A stretch of DNA of 64,000 nt from positions 800,001 to 864,000 of the forward strand of contig CBDCTZ010000014.1 in NCBI GenBank assembly GCA_965222375.1, in the 5' to 3' direction. Each line of letters starts with the position of its first letter. Position 1 is the stretch's first letter. This document shows, one piece after another, positions 55,889-64,000 of the stretch. The notes below the pieces were generated by a model. It was not told the DNA's origin, ran no database searches, and was given only the letters and a program-made list of their open reading frames with translations. A program made the position numbers and the translations under genes. This DNA is from Polyangiaceae bacterium (lineage in GTDB: Bacteria; Myxococcota_A; Polyangia; Polyangiales; Polyangiaceae).

Positions 55889-56229
55889 GTTTCAGTGCTG
55901 CTGTGGCAACTCTGAATCGGCGCTGCTGCGGGGGCCTGGGTCGCCCCGTTTCAGTGTTGCTGTGGCAACTCTGGATCGGCGCTGCTGCGGGGGCCTGGGT
56001 CGCCCCGTTTCAGTGTTGCTGTGGCAACTTTGGATCGACGCTGCTGCGGGGGCCTGGGTCGCCCCGTTTCAGTGTTGCTGTGGCAACTCTGGATCGGCGC
56101 TGCTGCGGGGGCCTGGGTCGCCCCGTTTCAGTGTTGCTGTGGCAACTCTGGATCGGCGCTGCTGCGGGGGCCTGGGTCGCCCCGTTTCAGTGTTGCTGTG
56201 GCAACTCTGGATCGGCGCTGCTGCGGGGG
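55889..56229. repeat. 59-bp tandem repeat, about 5.8 copies
   Basis: Unit GTTTCAGTGTTGCTGTGGCAACTCTGGATCGGCGCTGCTGCGGGGGCCTGGGTCGCCCC starts at 55889, 55948, 56007, 56066, 56125 and 56184; few substitutions. Confidence 0.97.
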
Positions 56230-56239
56230 GATGAGTTAG

Positions 56240-56393
56240 TTGGTTTGGGTGTCGCATCTCTTTGCGTCTGTGGGCCACTACTCTCGAGCGAGGCCACGAT
56301 TCTCGTCCCATGAGGAAGGTGCGACTGCGTGCGGGCGGGCCAGAGGCGTTTCGTTGGGGACCAGCACAGCTCTGTTGCCATCCAAAACCCAGA
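56240..56393. repeat. Further copy of the REP/MITE-like family
   Basis: GGGCCACTACTCTCGA (56272-56287) is the exact reverse complement of the 32355 arm core; distal CCAAAACCCAGA matches 8778-8789. Confidence 0.65.
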
Positions 56394-56408
56394 CTCTGGC
56401 CAGGTATG

Positions 56409-57320
56409 CTACTCGCCTTCTCGGTAGACAGCTTGAGCGGCGGTAATGGCAGTGACGTGAAGGATGGCGACGACGCTGGCGCCCTGTTGCAGCACGTTCA
56501 CGGGGCGGTTCATGCCCAATACGATGGGACCAACGACCTCAGCGCCGCCCGCGGAGGCGAGCAACTTGTAGGCGATGTTTCCTGAGTGCAGCTCGGGAAG
56601 ATGAGCACGTTGGCAGCGCCCTTCAGGGACGAGAAGGGATACAGAGCGCGGGCGCTCTCATCCAGGGCGACGTTGGCCTGAATTTCGCCGTCGACAATCA
56701 GATCGGGTCGGCGCTCTTTCACCAAGGTGGTCGCCCTTGCGACTTTTTGCGAGAAGGGGTGGGGTGCGTCGCCGAAGTTGGAAAAGCTGAGCATGGCGAC
56801 TCGGGGCGAGAGTCCGAGATCCTTCGCCGCGTCGGCGGCAAGGATGGCGATTTCCGCTAGCGTCTCCGCGTCGGGATCGATGTTGATGGTCGTGTCCGCG
56901 AGGATTTTCACGCAATGATCTGCAAGGCTGGGCGAATCGTGGCTGGATATTCTTGGCCATAACCCGCGACGAAGCCGTCGGCGTGGCCCTGATCGAGCAT
57001 CATCAAGCCGAAGGCGGTGCGGGAACGGCGCATCGTCTTGACAGCATCCAACTCCGCGGGCGGCTTTGGCCACGTCTTAGGGCACCTCCGGGTCTGGGTT
57101 TGCCAAAGGCGAAGATAATTGGCTTGTTGGCCATCGTCTTGAGCATGTCCTGGGTGACGAGGTTTCCTGCGGAAAGCCCGATCAACACGTCGGCGTCGAC
57201 ACCGGGTGAGTAGGCGAGGGAGAGGTCGAGTTGAGACGCGACCGGTTTCGTCGAGGCAACCTCGATTTTTCCCGGGCGACCGAGGGAGTGGTACAGCAGG
57301 GCGTTTTCGTCGCGACTCAT
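56409..57320 (-). pseudogene. maeB: NADP-dependent malic enzyme (MaeB-type, PTA fusion) pseudogene with internal deletions and frameshifts
   Basis: MSRDENALLYH...PGKIEV...DLSLAYSPGV is joined directly to DADVLIGLS...PIIFA. PTA-domain pieces (YPATIRPALQII; RVAMLSFSNFG..DGEIQA..ANVLIFP; GNIAYKLL..GPIVLG) lie in different frames. Confidence 0.88.
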
Positions 57321-57384
57321 GCTCGCGTTGTAGGCGAAGCCCAGAGAAGAGCGGAAGAAGTTGCGGCGACCCTCGATAGTTCCC

Positions 57385-57717
57385 ATGTTTAGGAGCATGA
57401 AGCGACTCGCCGGCATCGGGCTGGCCACTGCGTTGTGCGCATCTCTGAGCCTGGCCCAGGACAAAGCACCGAAAAAGCCCCTACCCGAGTGCGTGAGCGT
57501 CGAAGCGTTCGCTCGCTATGGCGCCTACGGATACGACCATGTCGTGACGGTGCACAACGGCTGCGACAAGGCGGCTCAGTGCGAAGTGTCGACGGACGTC
57601 GCGCCGAAGGTCATTTCGCTTTCGGTTCGCGCGCACGCGTCCGAGAGCGTGGTGACTTACCGTGGCTCACCCGCCTATGAGTTCTCGGCAAAGGTGCGCT
57701 GCCGCTTGGTGGACTAG
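57385..57717 (+). CDS. Small secreted hypothetical protein
   Basis: Signal peptide; four Cys in the mature part; start is 57385 or 57397. Confidence 0.7.
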   Translation: MFRSMKRLAGIGLATALCASLSLAQDKAPKKPLPECVSVEAFARYGAYGYDHVVTVHNGCDKAAQCEVSTDVAPKVISLSVRAHASESVVTYRGSPAYEFSAKVRCRLVD

Positions 57718-57719
57718 CG

Positions 57720-57929
57720 CTAAGGCTGCTTGGCTTCTTCGTTGGCCGAGAAGCCCTTCTTGGAGTGCTGTCCATCGCAGAAGGGGCGGTTTTCCGAAAA
57801 ACCGCAGCGGCAGAGCGCAACGTTCTTTCCCTCGGGGATCTCGATGTTCTTGCCCGTGGGGTCGGTGATGGTCAGTGGGCCTTGCAGCAAGTAGGGCCCG
57901 TTGGGGGCGCACTTCACGGTCGTCGACAT
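57720..57929 (-). CDS. CDGSH-type iron-sulfur domain protein
   Basis: NGPY...LCRCGFSENRPFCDGQH. Confidence 0.93.
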   Translation of the reverse strand: MSTTVKCAPNGPYLLQGPLTITDPTGKNIEIPEGKNVALCRCGFSENRPFCDGQHSKKGFSANEEAKQP

Positions 57930-57984
57930 GACTCGTCAGATAGAGCCCATCTGCGGAGCTGCAAAGCCCCGCTGCTCATTCGGG

Positions 57985-59727
57985 CTATTTCATGCTGGTT
58001 TTTCGTGCCTTTCTGCGGAGTAGCGCCGCCGCGAGGAATAGCCCGGCCACCAAGCCGTGACCGGTGTCCCGCCCCGGCAGGCTGCACCCGCAACCTCCAG
58101 CACTACTCTGAGTGTCGTTGGCAAAGTCGGTCGACGGTGGCGGGCGCAAGGTGCCCAGGGTCTGGTCGATCTTGCTGCGGTTGTCCACGAGTACGATGTG
58201 CTCGCCGGACTCCGTGTACTCCTCGATGGTTTCGGCCCAGGGCATGTCGCTGGGCAAGGAGGGTGACGTGCCCATGCCGCCGCCGTGCACTTCGCGCCCA
58301 TCCGCAAGCCGGGTCAGCCAATTGCCATCGCACTGCTGCACCTGCGTTGCCGTGCGGCTGTTGCTCACATCAGCCAGGGGCTCGGCCCACTCTTCGAACA
58401 TGGGGTCGGCGGTCATCTCCGACGGGGAGATCCGGGTGAGCATTCGCGTCAGGTACGGATACAGCCCCAGCACCGTATCTGCGCGCTTGCCTGGCTCGGC
58501 GATCATCGCAGCGAAATCCGCGTCAAAGCCGGCAGGGTCCCAGGGTAAGGGGTCGCTAGCGGATTCGTAGCAGCTGACGCAGGCGTAGAACTCTTCGGGC
58601 TGCACGCCCGTGGGTGGCGGCAGGTAACGATCGAGCAGTGCGAAGATGAGCGGGTGCGGTGACGAGCAATTGCTGGCGGAGGTGCACGCCAAAAGGCCCA
58701 TGGATGTGAGTTGGGTCGTCACGCTGGTTGCGGTTGCGGTCGAAAAATCCGCGTTGGACCAGCCTGGACTGTAGATACCTGCTCGCTGCGTGACGGAACT
58801 GGGGCCGGCGTACTCGGTCACGAAGGCCTGCCCGTTGGCCACGGGGCTGTCCACGGCGCGAGAAACGGCCAAGTTGTAGTTGGTGCCCAAGTTCCGGAAG
58901 TCCAACTGGGCCGGGTTCAGCGTGACGTGTTTGTAGTTCGTGGGTACGACGCGGCGCTTGCCCAGGAAGAACACTCGCACGGCCATGTCGTCTGCTGCGG
59001 CGATTGCGGTCAGCTTCAGCGGCACGCAGGGTTCGTCGCCCTGGTAGCGCAGGACCAGCGGGTGGATCTCATCGGTGCCCGCGGCGGGCCGCAGCTTGAT
59101 GGCGACGAATTCGTAGCCGCGGTTGACGTAGTCGGCGACGATGGGCACGGCATCCCCGGCGTCTGCATCGAAGCCGTTGTTTTCGAGCCAATCCACCATG
59201 CCCTGGGCCGAAGTGGGTTGCAGCACCACGGCTTCGAAGGCGCCCACGGATTGGCGCAGCCGGATCTGGGGTGCCTCGCTCTCCGGGTTACCTCCGCCAT
59301 TCGGGGCGAAGCTGGCGCTGCCGCCGCTGTCGTCCGAGGACATGCCGCAGCCGGCGCTACTCGATGAGTTGCCCTCGCTGTCGCAGAAATCGAACTGGGT
59401 GTTCAGGGTGAAGGACGGGACCGTCGCGTTGAGCAGATTGACGAACATCGGCTGAGAGCCGACGCTCAATTCGGGGGTTTTTGGCACGGGGATCACCCAG
59501 GCGAAACGCTCCGGGTCGCCGCTGTATTGGATTTGGATGTGCGCCTCGACCCATCCATCAGCCATCACGAACACGACGTTTTCGCCGGTCTGATCCACGG
59601 GCATCGGCGCTTGGCCTGGACCCGGGTTGTCGCAAAATGTCCCACCGCAGGCGTGGGCCGGCGCAGAAACCAAACTGAGCGACAAGCTCGCCAGCGCGAG
59701 CACGCAGCTCCGCCCTATCCACCGCAT
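57985..59727 (-). CDS. DUF2330-domain protein with MYXO-CTERM-like sorting signal
   Basis: ACGGTFC, FAWVIPVP, WLENNG and PCVPLKLT; C-terminal GGCGCS-TM-RRK. Confidence 0.88.
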   Translation of the reverse strand: MRWIGRSCVLALASLSLSLVSAPAHACGGTFCDNPGPGQAPMPVDQTGENVVFVMADGWVEAHIQIQYSGDPERFAWVIPVPKTPELSVGSQPMFVNLLNATVPSFTLNTQFDFCDSEGNSSSSAGCGMSSDDSGGSASFAPNGGGNPESEAPQIRLRQSVGAFEAVVLQPTSAQGMVDWLENNGFDADAGDAVPIVADYVNRGYEFVAIKLRPAAGTDEIHPLVLRYQGDEPCVPLKLTAIAAADDMAVRVFFLGKRRVVPTNYKHVTLNPAQLDFRNLGTNYNLAVSRAVDSPVANGQAFVTEYAGPSSVTQRAGIYSPGWSNADFSTATATSVTTQLTSMGLLACTSASNCSSPHPLIFALLDRYLPPPTGVQPEEFYACVSCYESASDPLPWDPAGFDADFAAMIAEPGKRADTVLGLYPYLTRMLTRISPSEMTADPMFEEWAEPLADVSNSRTATQVQQCDGNWLTRLADGREVHGGGMGTSPSLPSDMPWAETIEEYTESGEHIVLVDNRSKIDQTLGTLRPPPSTDFANDTQSSAGGCGCSLPGRDTGHGLVAGLFLAAALLRRKARKTSMK

Positions 59728-59950
59728 GTGAACCTCCAAACGCCACCTCAGCCACCCCGGGCGGCAAGCAAAGTTAAGTGCGCTGTACTAAGCAACTAGC
59801 GCGCCACGCTTGTATTCAATGTTTTTCGCGCGAAGTGTGCCGCGTGCTCACGGTTTGGCCTGGCATCCGAGTCACACGTGGCAAGTTCCGAACACGCCCG
59901 ACAGCTCGCCGGCTCTCGACGATGTGTCGCTAGGGCCCTAGGCTGGGCGC

Positions 59951-61033
59951 ATGGCGGACCCGACGGAGCCTCTGAGTGTCGAGTTGCAGCGCATGGCGTT
60001 GCGCGCGGTCCGCTCCCATTTCCATGATCTGAACAGCAGCTTCTTCAACGGATCGCTGCGGCCGCCGGTCTTCGCCTGGTCCGACGCCAGCGGCCGCCTG
60101 GGTCGCTGGGTCGGCGAGGAGCGCACCCTTGAGCTGTCTCGAGCGCTGCTCACGGATCACGAGTGGGGCGTGCTGGTCGAGGTGCTGAAGCACGAAATGG
60201 CGCACCAATTCGTGGATGAGACCCTGGGTTTCACCGGCGAAAGGGACCACGGACCAGCCTTCGCCCGGGTTTGCCAGGAGCGGGGCTTCGACGCGCGCGC
60301 AAGCGGTGTGCCAGCCGCGCAGCCCCTGGATGGCGAGCGAGCGCGTGTCCTTTCCCGCGTTGGCAAGCTCCTCGCCCTGGCGGGCAGCCCGAACCTGAAC
60401 GAGGCCCAGGCCGCCATGGGCGCCGCTCAGCGTCTGATGCTGAAGCACAACATCGATTGGGCCGAGCGCGGCGGCAGCGCCTACCGCTACAAACATCTGG
60501 GCAAACCCACCGGGCGCGTGTTCGAAGACAAGCGCATCCTGGCCGTGATTCTCGGGGAGCACTTCTTCGTGGAAGCGATTTGGGTGCCGGTTTGGCGACC
60601 CCGGGCAGCTAAACGGGGCCAAGTGTTGGAAGTCTGCGGCACCCAAGAGAATGTCGAATTGGCGAGCTATGTCTACGACTATCTGTGTCGCACCGGGGGC
60701 TTGCTATGGCTCGACCACAAGCGAGTGCACCACATCGTCAGCAATCGTGAGCGGCTGACGTATCTCGCAGGCGTGATGGCGGGCTTTCGCGACAAGCTCA
60801 AGGCTCAACGAACGAAGAACCGCGAGCAAGGGTTGGTCTGGGTCGGCGACCCCGAGCTGTCGGGCTTTCTCAAGTCGCGTCACCCGCACACGCGCTGGGC
60901 TCACTATCGCGGTTCTTCCCGCACCGAGACCTATGGTCATGGTCGCAAAGCAGGCCGCGAGATCGTTCTGTCTCGGGGCATGAGTACTGGGCCCACAGGC
61001 GGCACCAAGTTACTGCGCGGTCGGCGCGGATGA
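59951..61033 (+). CDS. SprT-like metalloprotease plus DUF2786 domain protein
   Basis: LKHEMAHQ (HExxH), HGPAF, and KLLALAGSPNLNEAQAA...LMLKHNI. Confidence 0.85.
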   Translation: MADPTEPLSVELQRMALRAVRSHFHDLNSSFFNGSLRPPVFAWSDASGRLGRWVGEERTLELSRALLTDHEWGVLVEVLKHEMAHQFVDETLGFTGERDHGPAFARVCQERGFDARASGVPAAQPLDGERARVLSRVGKLLALAGSPNLNEAQAAMGAAQRLMLKHNIDWAERGGSAYRYKHLGKPTGRVFEDKRILAVILGEHFFVEAIWVPVWRPRAAKRGQVLEVCGTQENVELASYVYDYLCRTGGLLWLDHKRVHHIVSNRERLTYLAGVMAGFRDKLKAQRTKNREQGLVWVGDPELSGFLKSRHPHTRWAHYRGSSRTETYGHGRKAGREIVLSRGMSTGPTGGTKLLRGRRG

Positions 61034-61131
61034 ATGTGGTGAGCCCCTTTCGCAGCGCCATTGGGGAAGCACCGCAAAAGAGGCGCTTTTTCCGAATGCC
61101 TCGACGTTCGGGGCCGGCGCGATGACAATGG

Positions 61132-63171
61132 GTGGGCATGACCGACCCGTCTCATAGTAGCGGCGGCGAGGGCCGGGGCCCTGCCACCGCGCCGGGCGGC
61201 ACTGCCCCGGCGCGTTCCGCACCCGAGGTCCCAGGAGGGGTCGAGCGGGGCGGCGCAGCTTCTGACCGGGAGGGGGACGAAGCCGATGCCGCGGAGGCTC
61301 TCGTCGGCACAACCCTAGCGGATCGCTATCGCATCGAAGAGCTGCTCGGCACCGGCGGAATGGGGGCCGTGTACCGGGGTCAACACATCCACATGAAGAA
61401 GAATGTGGCGGTCAAGGTGCTTCATCGGGAGATGACCTATCTGCCGGAAGTCGTTGCCCGTTTCGAGCGCGAGGCCGTGGCTGCTGCTCGTATCGAGCAT
61501 CCCAACGTGGCAGGCGCGACGGACTTCGGGCGCATCGAAGGTGGCGCGTTTTATCTGGTACTGGAGTTTGTCGAGGGCACCAGCTTGCGGGACTTGCTCA
61601 AGGAGCACGGAGCCCTCAACGTGCCCCTCGCGCTGCACATTTCCCGCCAGATGGCGGACGCTCTTTCCGCGGCGCACGCCGCTGAAATCGTGCACCGGGA
61701 TCTCAAGCCCGATAACGTGATGCTCATCGAGCGGGAAGGCGATCCTCACTTCGTGAAGGTGCTCGATTTCGGCATCGCGAAAGTCAGCACCGACGAAGCT
61801 GGGCCGGCGCTGACCCAGTTGGGCAGCGTATTCGGCACGCCCGAGTACATGTCCCCGGAGCAAGCATCGGGAACGCCCGTGGACGCTCGTTCCGACCTCT
61901 ACACACTGGGCATTCTGCTCTACGAGATGCTGTCGGGTAACTCGCCCTTCGACGACGAGGATATGGTCGTCGTTCTCACTCGGCAGATGACGATGGGTCC
62001 CGCTCCGCTGCCGCCGAGTGTGCCGGCGGATGTGCAAGCGTTGGTCGCGCGCATGTTGTGCAAAGACGCAGATGAGCGGGTACAAACCGCTGCAGAGCTG
62101 GTCGCGCAGTTCGACGCGTTGTTGCATTCAACACCGGATCCCGGGCACGCGTCGCCCTCGGCGGCCGTCGGCTCGCCGCCGCCCCCGAGCATGGAGGCTA
62201 GTAGCGTGCAATACGGGGACACAGTGCTCAGCTTGGCTCGACCCGGGCTCATGCCCGGAGCGGCGGAGACGCCGCACGCGGCGGTGGTGGGGGAGCGCAG
62301 AGCAGGGCAGGGCGGTGTGCTCGCGCCGCTCCTGGAGCGAGTACCGGCGTTGGCAAAGCCCATCCATGTCGGTGGCCAGCAGATCCCTTTGTGGTGGGTC
62401 GCCATCGGGGGCGCCGCGCTCGTGGCGCTGTCCTTCGTGGTGGTGCTGACCGCCGCCTTGGCGACCAGTGGCGGTGCCGGAGCCGACGGCAAGGCAACTG
62501 ACGAGCTCGCCGCGGCAGCGGGGCCGAGCCTGCAGGAACAAATGGACCTCGCCAAGACCGGAGACCGGGAAGCCATCGCCTTCCTCCAAGCGCGCCCCGA
62601 ACGCAAACGGACCGCCCCCGAGTGGTATGCTCTGGGCCGAGGGCTCTCCGTCGACGGGCATGTGAAACTGAGCCTGGTGGCCTATGAGAAAGCCGTGGGG
62701 CTCGACCCGGCGCTGACCAGCGATACGTTCTTGGTCAAAGACATCATTGCCGCGGCTCAGAGCCCCGCGACCTCCGCGGATTCGTTGGATCTTGCCGTTC
62801 GCGCCCTCGGAGCAACGGGCGCGGACTTGGTCTACGAGGTCTACACTCGCACCAAAGATCGCAAGGGCACGACGGTGCACAACAATGCGAAGCTCCGACT
62901 GAAAGGTAAAGCTCTGCGCAGCAAAGCCTCACCGGCACTTCTGGTGGTTCTCGATCTCAACAAGGCGCGAGGTTGTGGCGCTGTGAAAGCCGTGGTCGTG
63001 CGTGCGGCCAAACACGCCGATGCGCGGGCTTCGAAGAAGTTGAAGGCGTATAGCCACCGGCGCGGTTGTGGCTTCCTCGGTTTGAGGGATTGTTACGGGT
63101 GCTTGCGAGGCAGCACGACGCTGAGCGACGCGATAAAACGCGCCAAGGCCACTCCAGGTCCACAGTTCTGA
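61132..63171 (+). CDS. Membrane-anchored Ser/Thr protein kinase
   Basis: GTGGMGAVY, HRDLKPDN, DFG and GTPEYMSPEQ; one TM and an extracytoplasmic domain ending GCGFLGLRDCYGCLR. Confidence 0.95.
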   Translation: MGMTDPSHSSGGEGRGPATAPGGTAPARSAPEVPGGVERGGAASDREGDEADAAEALVGTTLADRYRIEELLGTGGMGAVYRGQHIHMKKNVAVKVLHREMTYLPEVVARFEREAVAAARIEHPNVAGATDFGRIEGGAFYLVLEFVEGTSLRDLLKEHGALNVPLALHISRQMADALSAAHAAEIVHRDLKPDNVMLIEREGDPHFVKVLDFGIAKVSTDEAGPALTQLGSVFGTPEYMSPEQASGTPVDARSDLYTLGILLYEMLSGNSPFDDEDMVVVLTRQMTMGPAPLPPSVPADVQALVARMLCKDADERVQTAAELVAQFDALLHSTPDPGHASPSAAVGSPPPPSMEASSVQYGDTVLSLARPGLMPGAAETPHAAVVGERRAGQGGVLAPLLERVPALAKPIHVGGQQIPLWWVAIGGAALVALSFVVVLTAALATSGGAGADGKATDELAAAAGPSLQEQMDLAKTGDREAIAFLQARPERKRTAPEWYALGRGLSVDGHVKLSLVAYEKAVGLDPALTSDTFLVKDIIAAAQSPATSADSLDLAVRALGATGADLVYEVYTRTKDRKGTTVHNNAKLRLKGKALRSKASPALLVVLDLNKARGCGAVKAVVVRAAKHADARASKKLKAYSHRRGCGFLGLRDCYGCLRGSTTLSDAIKRAKATPGPQF

Positions 63172-63180
63172 CGGGGCGGC

Positions 63181-64000
63181 ATGCGTTTGGTGGGGATAAC
63201 CGGCACCGATGGCAAGACCACGACGGCGACGCTTCTTGCCCACATCGTTGCCGCCGCCGGTGAGCCCAATGCGCTGGTAACCACCCTCGGCTCCTGGGTC
63301 GAGGGCGAGCAGCTCTCGGATCAAGCTGACGTCGACGCCTTTTTCAGCTGCCTCGAGCGTGCGCGCGAGAAGAACGTGCAGACCCTGGTGCTCGAAACGA
63401 CCTCCCAGGCGCTCGCGGAGGGCTTCGCGCATCGCTATCCCGTGGACGTCGCGGTGCTAACGAACTTCTCTCGGGATCACCTCGACTATCACGGTTCGCC
63501 GGAGCAATACCTAGCGGCCAAAGCGCAACTGTTCACGACTCTGAAGCCGGAAGGGCATGCCGTGCTCAACGCCGATTGCGAAACAGCGCAGCTACTGGAA
63601 GAGGTGACCCCCGCGGCGGCGAATCGACTTTGGTATGCGACCCAGAGCGGCGGGGCTGCTCACGACCGTGCTCTCACGGCCGGGAGCGTGACGGTGTCGC
63701 GAGACGGCACCGAGCTGCTTCTGGAGTCGTCACCCCTGGCGGACCAATTGGGCGGGCGGATCGAACTCCGCTTGCACGGCGCGCACTTCGCGGCCGATGC
63801 CCTCGCCGCGGCCCTCGCTGCCTATGCCCTGGGCTACTCCGCTGACTGCATTGGAGAAGCGCTGAGCAGCTTCGAGTCCGTGCCCGGACGTTTCCAGATC
63901 GTGGCTCGACAGCCCTTCGTGGTGGTGGACTACGCGCACACCCCCGACGCACTGAAGCGCACACTGCGGGTCGCGAAAGACGTGAGCCCCGAGGGGCCGC
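63181..64000 (+). CDS. murE: MurE-type Mur ligase (3' truncated by window edge; not in the ORF track)
   Basis: Manual translation: MRLVGITGTDGKTTT...ETTSQAL...TNFSRDHLDYHGS...YLAAKAQLF...VLNAD...VPGRFQ...VVVDYAHTPDAL. Confidence 0.88.
   Translation, partial: MRLVGITGTDGKTTTATLLAHIVAAAGEPNALVTTLGSWVEGEQLSDQADVDAFFSCLERAREKNVQTLVLETTSQALAEGFAHRYPVDVAVLTNFSRDHLDYHGSPEQYLAAKAQLFTTLKPEGHAVLNADCETAQLLEEVTPAAANRLWYATQSGGAAHDRALTAGSVTVSRDGTELLLESSPLADQLGGRIELRLHGAHFAADALAAALAAYALGYSADCIGEALSSFESVPGRFQIVARQPFVVVDYAHTPDALKRTLRVAKDVSPEGP

Noticed and set aside
55889..56229. CRISPR array (GTTTCA start, palindromic unit, regular spacing)
   Set aside because: The entire 59-bp unit repeats with no unique spacers, and there are no cas genes in the window.
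55500..56446. Cys/Trp-rich repeat ORFs across the tandem array
   Set aside because: They are artefacts of translating a 59-bp repeat through rotating frames.
63169..63183. Stop-codon readthrough or selenocysteine fusing the kinase and MurE
   Set aside because: No SECIS-like hairpin is evident, and the fusion would place MurE on the extracytoplasmic side of the kinase TM.
1..64000. Numerous long antisense or alternate-frame ORFs in the track; tRNA/rRNA genes
   Set aside because: Shadow ORFs are expected at high GC and overlap well-supported genes; no tRNA cloverleaf or rRNA signature was recognised by eye.

Overview
GC-rich window that looks like Myxococcota, most likely Polyangiales: it has three Hanks-type Ser/Thr kinases, many lipoproteins with Gly/Ser/Ala linkers, a MYXO-CTERM protein and an ElbD-like enzyme. 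All family calls come from motifs read by eye; no database search was run. Main points: (1) 15.8-24.7 kb is a multiheme cytochrome cluster with a beta-barrel, 12-, 15-, 27- and about 6-heme cytochromes and a NapC/NirT-type protein, about 64 heme motifs in total. It looks like a complete quinol-to-surface electron conduit. (2) An HNH endonuclease gene (30434-31792) is bracketed by long (~220-280 bp), diverged inverted repeats whose differences appear to preserve secondary structure, with no transposase nearby. This is a candidate undescribed mobile or RNA-associated nuclease element. (3) An ElbD-like ether-lipid multidomain enzyme carries an extra SCP2 domain, and its putative partner genes are scattered across the window. 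(4) A dispersed REP/MITE-like repeat family occurs at three loci, and there are a 59-bp tandem array and a multiply deleted maeB pseudogene. No tRNA, rRNA or CRISPR array was seen.
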